Shown: in pieces, positions 1-11,500 of the stretch
Position numbering within the stretch: position 1 is the stretch's first letter
Layout: each line of letters opens with the position of its first letter
Source: an uncultured candidate division Zixibacteria bacterium
Lineage (GTDB): Bacteria > Zixibacteria > MSB-5A5 > GN15 > PGXB01
Reading direction: 5' to 3'
Length of the DNA: 64,000 nucleotides
Assembly: GCA_963702205.1 (NCBI GenBank)
Contig: OY969724.1
Coordinates: 3,872,001-3,936,000 of the forward strand
Position numbers and translations under genes: made by a program
Notes under the pieces: generated by a model
Databases searched by the model: none
Seen by the model: the letters and a program-made list of their open reading frames with translations, nothing else
Told to the model about the DNA's origin: nothing

Positions 1-626
1 CGAAGCAGTTTCCCGGAAAACCGCAGTCGGTACGTATGGGCTGGGATTTCCACAATAACGAGACATTCCAAATGCTGCAGGAACTGGGAATAAAAATAGA
101 CTTCAGCGCCGTACCGGGTTTGAAATTCAGCCCCAAAGATCAAAACAAACGGGCGGCCAATTTTCTGGACTGGTCGCTTTCGCCCGATTTTCCGTACTAT
201 GCCTCGCCCGACGATTACCGCAGGAACGCGGCAAAAGGCGGGCCCTCCCGAGAAATCCTCGAAGCCCCTAATTTCGTTTCCCGGTCCATTTTCTGGAGTC
301 TTATCGGCGGTCTGGTGTACGCTAAAAAGATGAAAGACTTCGGCCCCGTTTGGCGGGCAATTAAAAGACCGACGTACTGGATTAATATCACCGGACGAAC
401 CGGTCTGTTCTCTCCTTTGGTTTCATCGCTCAAAAGGCGACTCGCCAAACACGATAAGGCTTTTTTCGTCACCTATTTTCATCCCGATGAATTAATCGTC
501 AATAAAAGCACGCTGTACTCTCTCGATTATATGGAAACCAATTTGAAAGCCGTTATCGGCACCGCCAAAGAGCAGGGCGCCGAAATCAAATTCATTCAGG
601 CTTGCGAAGTATTGAAATATCTTTAA
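1..626 (+). CDS. 5'-truncated polysaccharide deacetylase-like (NodB/CE4-type fold) protein
   Basis: Frame is open from position 3 (KQFPGKPQSVRMGWDF...). The R-x-G-W, D-x-S, LEAP and YFHP-x-E motifs resemble the C-terminal part of deacetylase-like proteins. Confidence 0.55.
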   Translation, partial: KQFPGKPQSVRMGWDFHNNETFQMLQELGIKIDFSAVPGLKFSPKDQNKRAANFLDWSLSPDFPYYASPDDYRRNAAKGGPSREILEAPNFVSRSIFWSLIGGLVYAKKMKDFGPVWRAIKRPTYWINITGRTGLFSPLVSSLKRRLAKHDKAFFVTYFHPDELIVNKSTLYSLDYMETNLKAVIGTAKEQGAEIKFIQACEVLKYL

Positions 627-650
627 AGGCAATAATCCGCAAATCCGGAT

Positions 651-684
651 AAAAAAAAGCAGGAGCCAAAGCTCCTTCTTTTAT
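651..684. terminator. Bidirectional intrinsic terminator between convergent genes
   Basis: A-run, AGGAGC-caaa-GCTCCT hairpin, then T-rich tail, between stops at 626 (+) and 701 (-). Confidence 0.65.
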
Positions 685-700
685 ATTCTGCGATGATCCT

Positions 701-3700
701 CTAATTACAGTCGGGCAAATCATGATCCAATATAACGTAGGATATTAAATACAGGATATCCATTAAATTGATTCTGCCAGAGCAATCGATGTCGCCGGCT
801 TCAAGGCCGCCGGGGGGTTCGGGACCACCCAAATACCTGTACAGCAACAGATATATTACGTCCTTAAGGTTTACTCTGCCGTCACCGTTGACGTCACCTC
901 TTAAAAAGCCCGCGTGGTCATAGGGCCTGGCGCCGATATCGTTTCTGGACCCGTCCGGATCATTATATTTCGGATCGGGATCACCGGCATTGATGCACGG
1001 CGAACCGTACGTAAGCACGTATTCGTCGGAAAGATCTTCATCGAACAGCGGATCGGAAGATATGTCGTTCGCACCGGGATCGGCATACAGGTAGTCTTCA
1101 CCGTTGTCCCAGACGTCGTTGTAATCGTACGTTACATTTTCGCTTGCGCCGACGTCCTCTAGCCATTCGAAGCCACCCTCGTTGTTGCCCACAATGATAT
1201 TATTGCGGACGTCGCAATCGACGCTAGACAGGACCGTAAAACCGATGCCATTGTTGACGACGGTGTTGTTGAAGGCCTCGACTTCCACGGCATTGAAATA
1301 AATGCCGCCTTTTCTGTACGACGTATCACCGGCGATATTATTGTACACGATATTGTAAGAGACAATGGCGCCGTTGCCCTGGATCAAGGAAATACCCGGA
1401 CCATTGCCGCCGAGATTACCGTAGACTACGTTGCCAGTGACCGTCGGCTTTCCGAAACCTGTCCCCAGCCTGAGAAATATACCGGCGCCGGTAATAGGCG
1501 TGGCACAGTTTCTGACAATATTGTTGCTGACAATACAACCCGGATACCCGAGGTACATACCACCGGCATCGTAGTAGCCCTGGCAGTTTTCCACGATACA
1601 ATTATTGATGTAACCGTTATCGCCGAATCCGAAAATCCCGCGAATTTCTTTATTTCCGTCGATGCCAAAGCCGTCCAGTCCGGCTCCGGGGTTAATCATC
1701 GAAAGCATAACAACCGACGGCCACGGTTCGGGACGTTTGGACAGGTCGCCGGATTTTTTAAGGGTATCGGCCCAGTTTTTGTCGGATTTGGATATGAGTC
1801 CCAATTCGGGCGCGCGAATCAACGTCGTTTGAGGACCAGACTCCGAAACCAGGTTGATGTTCTTGCCACCGAAATTGATAAATTCACGGTACTCTCCGGA
1901 TGACACGACGATCGTATCGCCGCTGTACGCGGCGTCTATCGCAGTCTGAATGCCGGGCAAGTCGAGCGGCACCTTATAGACCTGTACCTGACGCGGTGCC
2001 ACGATTTCATAGGGATTGGCTCCCATGTCGTTGCGGCTGTCGTCGGGATCGTTGAATTCCGGATCGGGATCGCCAGTGTTTATGCAGGGCGACCCGGCTG
2101 AGAGGTAATATTTTTCGTACCAGGTTGGCTCGAATATGGGATCGGCGGAAATATCGGACATCCCCGGCGAGGCATTGACATAATTCTTCAAGCCGTTGTG
2201 CCAAACGTCGTTATAGCCATAAATAACGTCCGTATTGGCCCCGACGTCGTCCAGCAGTTCGAGACCACAGTCGAGGTTGTTGGTAACGATATTATTGCGC
2301 AAATTAACATTATAGCTGGACAGCACCGTGATACCGACCAAGTTATTGTCGATCGTATTATTGAAGGCGCTGATATTTCCAGCGTGCATGTAAAGCGCAC
2401 CGCGACGGGTTGAGCCGTACGTCGCGATATTGCCGTGAATCAGGTTGCGCTCAACCAGGACGTTGCCGCCCTCGATCAGTGAAATTCCCGGACCGTTTCC
2501 GGAGACGTTGCCGTAAATGTCGTTGCCCGATATAACCGACGTATTTTCCATATATGGCCGGGAGAAAACGCCCGCTCCGGAAATCGGTGCCCAGTTATAT
2601 CTTATTTTATTATTGGTAATGTTGGCGATGGTATGATTCAAAAACAGGCCGCCGCCGTCATAGTATCCCCAGCAAAATTCGACAGTACAATTTTTAACCG
2701 ACAATGTTATGTTCTCGGCGTGAATTCCCTGCGCCATATAATCGGACCGAATCGTGAAACCGTCGATCGTAACCGGGGTCGCATAGGATCCATAAAGCTC
2801 AATGACCGCACCGCCCGCCTGTTTGTCGGCGCCGGTTTCCCGGTCTTCATAATTCGCATCGAACCCGTCATAATCCGGGGCGTATCGTGAGCTTTTTTCC
2901 AGGGCCGGATATTTTATTATCGTTTCGTCGGCTCCCGCCTCGGATTTGATGCAAAGCCCTTTGTAGCTGGCGACGATGCTTTCTTTATAAACTCCCGGAG
3001 CGACCAAAATCGTATCGCCGCTTTGCGCGGCCTCCACGGCCTGTTGTATGGTCGGATAATCAGCCGGGACGTGGATGACCTGGGCCATCGGAGGTCCGCC
3101 GCCAGCGCCGGGGATGGCACCCATATCGTTGCGGCTGCCGTCGGGATCGTTGTACTCGGGATCGGGATCACCCGCGTCGATACACGGCGATCCTTCTCTC
3201 AGCCTGTATTCGGCCGTGAACAAAGGATCATCCGAGATCGTGCCGACGCCAAAATCGACTATCTCCTGATAATCATCCGGGTTTCCGTAGACGTCATTGT
3301 ATGACAATTCCGGAACCGGGATTGCCGGGCTGTTTATTCTATGAATTCCATAGTGCCCGTTAAAGACGATAATATTATTTTTTATTGTCGGGGCAGTGAC
3401 CGAAAAGCTCGATATACCGCCGTTGGCGCAACCGGTTATCGTGTTATTTATTATTTGAGCCGGAGAATCACCGTGCACCGCGTAACCCGGACCGCCAAGC
3501 GAAATGGCCGCCCAGTTGTAAATTGTCTGGGCCGTTAAAAGATTTCCTTTTATAATGGGACCGGCGTTCTCGCATTTGATCCCGATATGGCCGCCGGAAA
3601 GCGAGAATCCTTCGAGGCGGGCCAACCCTTGTCCAATATTCTGGAAAGTCACAAGGTCATTGAAGTCTTCACCGGTTATGATCGTTTCGAGCGGGCCGTC

Positions 3701-4729
3701 GGTCGATTGTATGATAATATTTTTGCCGTCGATGATAATCGGACCATAATACGTTCCCGGAGAAACCAATATGGTGTCATCGTCGCCGGAAAAATAGACG
3801 GCATTCGCCAGCGTCTCGAAATCGTCCGGGACATATATGGTCATCGGATCGTGGATAGTGGCATTATCGAACGGAACGGCGCCCATGTCATTGCGGGAAC
3901 CGTCGGGATCGTTGTATTCGGGATCGGGATCACCGGTATCCCGGCAAGGTGAATCGGCCGTCAGGGGCATGTCCGGATTCAATTTCGGATCGAGCGAGAT
4001 CGACCCGGTTCCGGGAGTCGCTATATTCTGGTAGTTATCCAACTGACCGTAGACGTCGTTGTACGACAAATCGAGATCGGGCACTTCGGGGCTGTTATCG
4101 CGATGAATCCCGTAATGATCGTTGAAAGAGATGATATTATTTTTTATAACGGGCGCGACGGTTGAAAAAGATGAAATCCCGCCGTTCCCGCTGTTCATAA
4201 TCGTGTTGTTTATAATAATAGCTGGAGATTTGCCGAAAGTGCCATAGCCGGCACCGCTCAGACATATTGCAGCCCAATTTCTGACATTTTGATTCAGCAA
4301 TATGTTGTGCTTAATCGTGGGTCCGGCGTCCTCGCACCAAATTGCAATATTGCCGCCTTCCAGCCTGAATCCCTCAAGGATGGCCTGCTCATTTTCGTCA
4401 TTATTGAATACAACCAGATTGGTCATGTCATCCGCCGTAATAGTAGTGGCCAGGGGACCGTCGGAAGATTTCACACAAATCAACCGGCCGCCAAAATTCA
4501 GCGATTCGCTATATTCTCCGGGAGCGACGATTACCGAATCACCATCGGATGCCGCGTCGATCGCTTCCTGAATCGAGGTATAATCGCCCGGCACATTAAT
4601 GGTTACGGCGACGGAGTTAATGAAAGCCGATTTTTCAATCGGAAATGCTGCGAATAAAGGTGGTGCGAAAAGTACGAGGCACAATAGGCCCGTAAATAAT
4701 GCGAGCGAAAGAAAACGCGCCTTATGCAT
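701..4729 (-). CDS. Secreted protein with four tandem right-handed parallel beta-helix modules and a C-terminal dockerin-like domain
   Basis: Signal peptide. Four modules begin roughly VPxDxxxIQxAIDAA..GDxIxVxPGxY and end SPCxxxGDPDPxYNDPDxSRNDxGA. Twin EF-hand dockerin repeats GDVNGDGRVNLKD and GDIDCSGRINLMD. Confidence 0.85.
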   Translation of the reverse strand: MHKARFLSLALFTGLLCLVLFAPPLFAAFPIEKSAFINSVAVTINVPGDYTSIQEAIDAASDGDSVIVAPGEYSESLNFGGRLICVKSSDGPLATTITADDMTNLVVFNNDENEQAILEGFRLEGGNIAIWCEDAGPTIKHNILLNQNVRNWAAICLSGAGYGTFGKSPAIIINNTIMNSGNGGISSFSTVAPVIKNNIISFNDHYGIHRDNSPEVPDLDLSYNDVYGQLDNYQNIATPGTGSISLDPKLNPDMPLTADSPCRDTGDPDPEYNDPDGSRNDMGAVPFDNATIHDPMTIYVPDDFETLANAVYFSGDDDTILVSPGTYYGPIIIDGKNIIIQSTDGPLETIITGEDFNDLVTFQNIGQGLARLEGFSLSGGHIGIKCENAGPIIKGNLLTAQTIYNWAAISLGGPGYAVHGDSPAQIINNTITGCANGGISSFSVTAPTIKNNIIVFNGHYGIHRINSPAIPVPELSYNDVYGNPDDYQEIVDFGVGTISDDPLFTAEYRLREGSPCIDAGDPDPEYNDPDGSRNDMGAIPGAGGGPPMAQVIHVPADYPTIQQAVEAAQSGDTILVAPGVYKESIVASYKGLCIKSEAGADETIIKYPALEKSSRYAPDYDGFDANYEDRETGADKQAGGAVIELYGSYATPVTIDGFTIRSDYMAQGIHAENITLSVKNCTVEFCWGYYDGGGLFLNHTIANITNNKIRYNWAPISGAGVFSRPYMENTSVISGNDIYGNVSGNGPGISLIEGGNVLVERNLIHGNIATYGSTRRGALYMHAGNISAFNNTIDNNLVGITVLSSYNVNLRNNIVTNNLDCGLELLDDVGANTDVIYGYNDVWHNGLKNYVNASPGMSDISADPIFEPTWYEKYYLSAGSPCINTGDPDPEFNDPDDSRNDMGANPYEIVAPRQVQVYKVPLDLPGIQTAIDAAYSGDTIVVSSGEYREFINFGGKNINLVSESGPQTTLIRAPELGLISKSDKNWADTLKKSGDLSKRPEPWPSVVMLSMINPGAGLDGFGIDGNKEIRGIFGFGDNGYINNCIVENCQGYYDAGGMYLGYPGCIVSNNIVRNCATPITGAGIFLRLGTGFGKPTVTGNVVYGNLGGNGPGISLIQGNGAIVSYNIVYNNIAGDTSYRKGGIYFNAVEVEAFNNTVVNNGIGFTVLSSVDCDVRNNIIVGNNEGGFEWLEDVGASENVTYDYNDVWDNGEDYLYADPGANDISSDPLFDEDLSDEYVLTYGSPCINAGDPDPKYNDPDGSRNDIGARPYDHAGFLRGDVNGDGRVNLKDVIYLLLYRYLGGPEPPGGLEAGDIDCSGRINLMDILYLISYVILDHDLPDCN

Positions 4730-4797
4730 GAACTAGCCTCCCGGAATAATTTTTGTGACTATTTTTGTCAGGATTTATGAATATTTTATTTGAAATT

Positions 4798-4826
4798 AAT
4801 ATATTAGAGAGCGCGACTTTTGTCAA
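4798..4826 (-). promoter_or_regulatory. Sigma70-type promoter for the beta-helix/dockerin gene
   Basis: Minus strand reads TTGACA-17 nt-TATATT, about 70 bp upstream of the ATG at 4729. Confidence 0.6.
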
Positions 4827-5000
4827 CCCAAAACACGGTCGGACAAAGCCAAATTCGCGAATAACTCAATATATTTCATAATATTATGATGTTAAGAATG
4901 GACATAAATAGCAGATTTGCAGCAAATTCATCTTTTTGGGCCGGGAAAATCAGGATTGATATTGTCGCGTATGAAGAGAAATCGGTAATTAATGTGATCG

Positions 5001-6857
5001 TTATTTTTCCCGCTGCCCCAAGGCACTTTCGGCTTCACCGATGGCCACGGCGGCCGAGATCATCGATAAATGTGACAGCCCCTGCGGAAAATTACCGAGC
5101 ATGATGCGGTCTTCGGAATCGAACTCTTCGGAGAAGAGGTTCAGATCGTTGGCGGTGGCGCAGCCGGTTTCGAACACCCGCCGCGCGTCATCCAGACGGT
5201 ACTGCCGCGCCAGCACCTCGGCCAGCCAGAAAATGCAGCACAGGAAACTCCCCTCGTGTCCGTCCAAACCGTCCACGTCGTCGGGATAGCGCATGATGAG
5301 CCCGTCGCGATCGAGTTCTTGTCTGATTTTGTCGGTAGTACGAATCATGCGTTCGTCGTCGTACGCCAAATATCCGAATATCGGCAGCAACAGAAGCGAT
5401 GCATCCATGTGCGGATAACCGAAGGCCTGCACGTAGACACCGCGTTCTTTGTCATAGCCTTGTTCGTCGATTAAAGTACGGACGGCGTCGCGTTCCGCTT
5501 CCCATTTTTCGAGCGGGGCGTCGCGGCCGGTCTCGCGGGCCAGACGAATCCCCCGGTCGAGGGCTGTCCAGCACATCGCTTTGGAGTGGACATAATGGCG
5601 CGGTTCACCGCGCACTTCCCAGATGCCGTGATCGGGTATGCGCCAGATTTCGATGGTACGGTTTATCAGTTGCACGATAAAAGCCCAGTAATCGTCGTCG
5701 GGCGAATTTCCCCAGAGGTGCCAGGTGTACGCCAGGTGCAGAAGCTCACCGAAAACGTCGTGCTGCATCTGCCGGGCCGCGGCGTTGCCGACCCGCACCG
5801 GGGCCGAACCGCGATAGCCCTCGAGCTCGGTTATTTCGTGCTCGGGCAAATACCTCTCCCCGCCCACGCCGAACAGGACCTGTATCTCCTCGGCGGCACC
5901 GGCGGCGGTCCGTTCGATGAAATGCCGAAAACGGTCGGCTTCCTGCCTGAATCCGAGAATCGCCAGTGAGCGCACGGTAAAAACCGAGTCGCGCACCCAC
6001 GAAAACCGGTAGTCCCAGTTTCTGGCCCCGCCTATCCGCTCGGGCAGCGACGTGGTCGCCGCCGCCGCGATGGCGCCGGTAGAAGCGTTTGTCAGGCCCT
6101 TCAGCACGAGAGCCGACAATTGTACCTTGTCCTTGTACGGGCCTTCGTAATCGACCTGGGACGACCAACCGTGCCACCAGTCAACCGTTTGTTTAAAACG
6201 CCGTTCGATCTCGGCTGTGTTCGGAGCTTCGATAGTACCACCGTCGAGTTCGTGCGGCCGGCGATAAATGATCGACAGGTACTTCCTCTGGCCCTCTTTT
6301 ATCGTGAACGACCCGAAACAGCCTTCGCCGCCTGAAATTTCCAGTTCGAGATCACCCGAAACCAACAGCCCCTGATGCCCGCCGGTAGCCGTGATGTTCA
6401 CGCCTTGGTTGCAGCGCCGGAACCACGGTTTCAAAAGACCATAATCGAAACGCGGCGCAAAAGCTACGGTCATCGGGACTTCGCCTTTTACACCTTCGAC
6501 GATTCTAATGATCTGGTTTAGGGGATTTTCGCGACCTCCGGCCCGCATGGCAAAGCAGTCATAAAGTTTTACTTCACCGTCTTCTGTCTTAAACACGGTT
6601 TCCAGAATAAGAGCATTGTCGTAATATCGCCGCGAGCTTTCATAAATATCGATGTCAGGATATATGCTGCAGTACCCGCCTTTGTCCCAATCGAGAATAC
6701 GCCCGAAGACGCTGTTGGCGTCGATCCTCGGCATGGCACACCAGTCAATGGAGCCGGAGACGGAAACGAGGGCCATCGAGTGGCAATCGGATATAAAACC
6801 GTAATCCGCGATCGGCGGATAACGGTCTTCTGATGATTTTGAATTATCTTGTTTCAA
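5001..6857 (-). CDS. Glycoside hydrolase family 15 (glucoamylase/trehalase-like)
   Basis: Motifs IADYGFISD, AAATTSLPE, RNWDYRFSWVRDS, GIWE, LFSEE and GNFPQGLSH. Confidence 0.92.
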   Translation of the reverse strand: MKQDNSKSSEDRYPPIADYGFISDCHSMALVSVSGSIDWCAMPRIDANSVFGRILDWDKGGYCSIYPDIDIYESSRRYYDNALILETVFKTEDGEVKLYDCFAMRAGGRENPLNQIIRIVEGVKGEVPMTVAFAPRFDYGLLKPWFRRCNQGVNITATGGHQGLLVSGDLELEISGGEGCFGSFTIKEGQRKYLSIIYRRPHELDGGTIEAPNTAEIERRFKQTVDWWHGWSSQVDYEGPYKDKVQLSALVLKGLTNASTGAIAAAATTSLPERIGGARNWDYRFSWVRDSVFTVRSLAILGFRQEADRFRHFIERTAAGAAEEIQVLFGVGGERYLPEHEITELEGYRGSAPVRVGNAAARQMQHDVFGELLHLAYTWHLWGNSPDDDYWAFIVQLINRTIEIWRIPDHGIWEVRGEPRHYVHSKAMCWTALDRGIRLARETGRDAPLEKWEAERDAVRTLIDEQGYDKERGVYVQAFGYPHMDASLLLLPIFGYLAYDDERMIRTTDKIRQELDRDGLIMRYPDDVDGLDGHEGSFLCCIFWLAEVLARQYRLDDARRVFETGCATANDLNLFSEEFDSEDRIMLGNFPQGLSHLSMISAAVAIGEAESALGQREK

Positions 6858-7183
6858 AGTTTCTCTTTCCCTCTAAACAAGGCCGAAGGGCAATTGTTTC
6901 GTGGCCGGTAAAATACAGATGGGCCCGTTGGTTTTAAGTTCAGTCAAATAATAAATCGCGGCCGGAGCAAAATACCGCCTATTAAGCGTCCCGCTTTTGC
7001 GTTAAACATTAAAGAATCACCGGCTGCCGTCAACGGTAACCCGTGGCCTCGCCGGACGATGAAAGGCGACACAACAGAAGGCGCTATATGGAACTTCGTA
7101 TGGACATATTCACTATAATTTACTAATATGGGTCCATGGTTAGACATACGGCAAACCCATAAATCCAATCCGGCAGAGGTGAC

Positions 7184-8545
7184 ATGACACGACAACGAAC
7201 AGCCCGGGAACAACTTCTCCTCGGCTCGGTTTTTTCCCTGATAATTCTGGCAGCGATATTTTTATCCGGATGCTCCGGCGATCCTGATCCTAAAACCGCT
7301 CGCGGGGGTGAGCCGGCGATTCCTGCGGTTGAGGCGGTGCGGGCCCGGTACGGCAGCTTACCGTTGTCCGAGCGCCTGAGTGGAGTGGTCAAGGCCCAAA
7401 ACCAGGTGGAACTTTATCCCCAGATCAGCGCGCCCGTTATGAAAGTATATGTCAACAACGGCGATCTGGTTACGGCCGGAAGTCCGCTGGTACAGCTTCG
7501 CGATACCGAATTCCGCGAGCAGCTCAAACAGGCCGATGCCGATTATCAGATAGCGGTGGCGCAGGCCAAACAGGCCGATGCCGAACTCAAACGCGCCAAT
7601 GAAGAACTTCGCCGCAATACCAGCCTGTCGGAGAAAAATCTGATCAGCGCAACCGAGTTTGAAAAAATACAAACCCAGGCCGTGGCGGCCGAAGCCGATG
7701 CCGACCTGTCGCACGCCAAAGTAAACCAGGCCCAGGCGATGGTGGACCAGCGCAAGGAAGTGCTGTCGCGGACCATCATACGAGCGCCGGTTGACGGATC
7801 GGTGGGCAATCGCAACGCCGAAGTGGGCATGCTGGTAACGCCAAGCACGAGGATATTTACCCTCGGGCAGCTCGATTCGGTGCGAGTCGAAATCGTCCTG
7901 ACCGACCGCATGTTGACATACATAAAAGAAGATCAACGCTCGGAAATTTTGTCACCGGCAATTCCGTTCGGTTCCGTCTCCGCCCCTATTTCCCGCATCT
8001 CCCCGTTTTTGCATCCCATCGCCCACAGTACGATGGCGGAAATCGACCTAGTCAACCCGGACAGATCCCTCAAGCCGGGAATGTTCGTGACGGTCGACGT
8101 GTTTTACGGCGAAAGCGAGAAAGCCACACTGGTGCCGCTGAGCGCCCTTTGGGAGAATCCGGTCAGTGCCACGGTCGGTGTATTCGTCTGCCGCGATTCT
8201 CTGACGGGAGAACCGTCGGCCATAGCCGGCGGCTCGCACGGCGGCGCTTTGACCGACCCCGTACCGTTTCAGTTCGTCCCGGTCGATGTCATCGCCAAGG
8301 GGCGGATGAACGCGGCGGTAAACGAGATTAAACCCGATGACTGGATCGTGACCCTCGGACAGGAACTGCTCGGTGCCGATACGGCCGAGGCCCGGGTCAA
8401 GCCGGTCAACTGGAAATGGGTGGAAGATTTGCAAAAGCTGCAGCGCGAGGATATGCTGAACCAAATCATGAAGCAACAGCAAAAGGAAGGTATCGATTCC
8501 TCTCTTATCGGATCGGTCCCGAAAGGCAAAGAGGATGGCGTATGA
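7184..8545 (+). CDS. RND efflux membrane fusion (periplasmic adaptor) lipoprotein
   Basis: Lipobox LSGC, lipoyl/hairpin pattern (GDLVTAGSPLVQL, IRAPVDG) and LKPGMF. Confidence 0.9.
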   Translation: MTRQRTAREQLLLGSVFSLIILAAIFLSGCSGDPDPKTARGGEPAIPAVEAVRARYGSLPLSERLSGVVKAQNQVELYPQISAPVMKVYVNNGDLVTAGSPLVQLRDTEFREQLKQADADYQIAVAQAKQADAELKRANEELRRNTSLSEKNLISATEFEKIQTQAVAAEADADLSHAKVNQAQAMVDQRKEVLSRTIIRAPVDGSVGNRNAEVGMLVTPSTRIFTLGQLDSVRVEIVLTDRMLTYIKEDQRSEILSPAIPFGSVSAPISRISPFLHPIAHSTMAEIDLVNPDRSLKPGMFVTVDVFYGESEKATLVPLSALWENPVSATVGVFVCRDSLTGEPSAIAGGSHGGALTDPVPFQFVPVDVIAKGRMNAAVNEIKPDDWIVTLGQELLGADTAEARVKPVNWKWVEDLQKLQREDMLNQIMKQQQKEGIDSSLIGSVPKGKEDGV

Positions 8546-11500
8546 ACATAACGCGGATATCGGTCAAGCGGCCTATCGCCACCTCGATGGTGTTTCTTAT
8601 CGTTATTGTCCTCGGCATTACCGGTTTCAGATTTCTGCCGGTTGACCTCCTGCCTCCGATAGACTTTCCCCGTCTTACGGTTTCCACGTCATATCCCAAC
8701 GTCGGGCCCGAAGAAATCGAAACCATCATCACCGATAAAGTCGAAAACTCCATCGCCAGCGTTCCGAATGTAACGCGGGTGCGTTCCGTATCCGAGGAAG
8801 GCCGCAGCCGGGTTACGCTCGAATTTTCACAGGGAACCAATATCGATGCCGCGGCCGATGACATTCGGGCCGCGCTGGACCGCATCCGCGATGATTTTCC
8901 GCCCGAAGTGGAAGCGCCGCGCCTGTTCAAGTTCGATCCCGATAATTTCCCGGTCGTGATCCTCGGCGCGTACTCAGAACACTCCATGGACCAGATGACC
9001 CTAATCCTCGAACGGGAGATATCACAGCGTTTCGAACAGATACCGGGAGTCGGATCGATCGACGTCTGGGGCGGCGTTTATCGTGAAATACAGGTCCGGC
9101 TCAAGCGCGACCGGCTGGCCTCGTCGCACCTGTCCGCGTCGGACGTCAGAGCGGCCCTTCAGCGCGAAAACGTCACCCTGCCCGGCGGTGACATGCGCGA
9201 AGGTGTCAGCGATATGTACGTTCGTACCCGGGGAGAATATCAGTCGCTCGATGAAATAGCCAATACGATCATTACGGTCGTCGACGGCTATCCGATCCGC
9301 GTCCGCGACGTCGCCGAAGTGGTCGACAGTTTCGAAGACGTCAACCGGGTAGTACAGGTGGACGGCCGACCCATGGTCCGTCTCGGGATTCGCAAGCAGT
9401 CCGGGGCGAATACGGTCGAAGTGGCGCGGCAGGCCCGCGCGGTGATGAACCAGATCAACAACGAACGCGACGACGTCAAGCTGATGATGGTCATAGATCA
9501 AAGTGATTTTATTCAGAACTCGATAAACAATGTCAAGCAGTCGGCCCTTTTCGGCGGCATTCTGGCGATCCTTATACTTTATCTTTTCCTGAGAAACGGA
9601 TCGACGACGTTTATTATTGCACTTTCGATCCCGATTTCAATTATCGCGACTTTCGGCCTGCTGTTTTTCGACAACCTGACTTTGAATCAGATGAGCTTCG
9701 GGGGGCTTGCCCTCGGGATAGGGTTAATTGTCGACAACTCCATTGTCGTACTGGAAAATATCGTCCGTCTTCGCGAGAATAAACATTCTCTCGAAGAAAG
9801 CGCCCTGGTCGGAACCAAGCAGGTCACCGGAGCTATCATTGCATCGACCCTTACGACCATAGTGATATTTTTGCCGGTCGTCTTCATGCGGACCATCTCC
9901 GGTATGCTGTTCAGAGAACTCGCCTTGGTGGTCGTGTTCGCGCTGCTTTGTTCGCTGGTGGTGGCGTTGACGGTGGTGCCGATGCTGGCCAGCCGGTTTT
10001 TGACTATCCCGGTCGGTGAAAAGGCGGAAAAGGCCCACAGGTCGCGTATCGGTCGGTGGTTCGATCAACTCGAAAACAGATATGTCGGGCTGCTCGGCAA
10101 GGCAATGCACCACAAGAAAATTGTCTATGGTGTAACTTTGTCGCTTATGGTCATAACTCTTATGCTATGGCCGCTGATACCGGTAGAACTGATGCCGCAG
10201 ACGGACGCAGACGAAATAGATATTGACCTCATGATGGCCCAGGGAACGAATATCGCCGTTGTGGATCTCTATCTGAAGGATCTGGAAAAGAAAGTGCGCG
10301 AAATCGCGCCGATGGATCAATTACGCCACATAACGACTCAAATTCGCTCGGGCGATGCCACGGTCGAAATTGCCTTAAAGGGCGCCGGTGAGCGGACGAT
10401 TAACAGCTTGGCCCTGGCCGATAAAATACGGCGCGGGGTCTCCGGAGAAATACCCGGAGCGGATATTCGTGTGTCGGCCCAATCCGGCCTGTGGATGCTT
10501 CGGCGTTTGTTCGGTTCCGGCGGGTCGGAGGCGATTCAAATCGAACTGCGGGGCTATGATCTGAATATAGCCGACCGTGTGGCCAACAACATCAAACTGG
10601 CAGCCGAAAAAGTGCCCGAAATATCGGACGTGCGGGTCAGTCGTCGCGAAGGCCGCCCGGAACAAAACCTGATCGTGGATCGCGAGAAGATCGCCGATCT
10701 GGGACTGTCGGTCAACGATATTGCCCAGGTCGTTCAAACCAACATCGGCGGCAGCCAGGCCGGGGTCTATCGTGAAGGCGGTGAAGAATACCCGATTACG
10801 GTCCGTCTGCAGCCGGAAGACCGCCTGACGACCAACGATTTAAGCAATGTCTCGATACACACACCCAGGGGTGATATTGTCCCCGTATCGTCGGTAGTGC
10901 ACGCCGAACGCCGGCGCGGCCCGACCGAAATCGAACGAATCGACGGGCAGCGAGTAACATATATCACGGCCAACCTTCAAAGCGGTGCGGCACTGGTCGA
11001 CGTCATCAAGAAACTCCAGAAAGCCGTGCGCGGCGTCCCCCTCCCGCAGGGGTTTTCCGTGGTGTTCGGAGGTGAGTACGAAGAACAACAAAAGGCCGCA
11101 ACCGATTTTATGCTTTCGATTTTGATGGCGGTCATATTGATCTATATGGTCATGGCGGCGCAGTTCGAGCGGTTTCTCGATCCGCTGATAGTCATGATCA
11201 CCGTCCCGCTGGCCATTGTCGGCGTCGTCCCGACCCTGCTTCTGACCGGCACGACGCTCAACATACAGAGCCTGATGGGTGTCGTTATGCTGTTGGGGAT
11301 TGTCGTGAATAATGCCATCGTGCTTATAGATTATATCAACCTGATGCGCCGCGAACACGACCTCGAAATCAAAGACGCCGTCCTGCAATCGGCGAAACTG
11401 CGTCTGCGGCCGATTTTGATGACCACGTCGACGACCGTGCTGGGCATGCTGCCGCTGGCTTTCGTCCTCGGCGCCGGGAGTGAGATTCAGGCGGCTCTGG

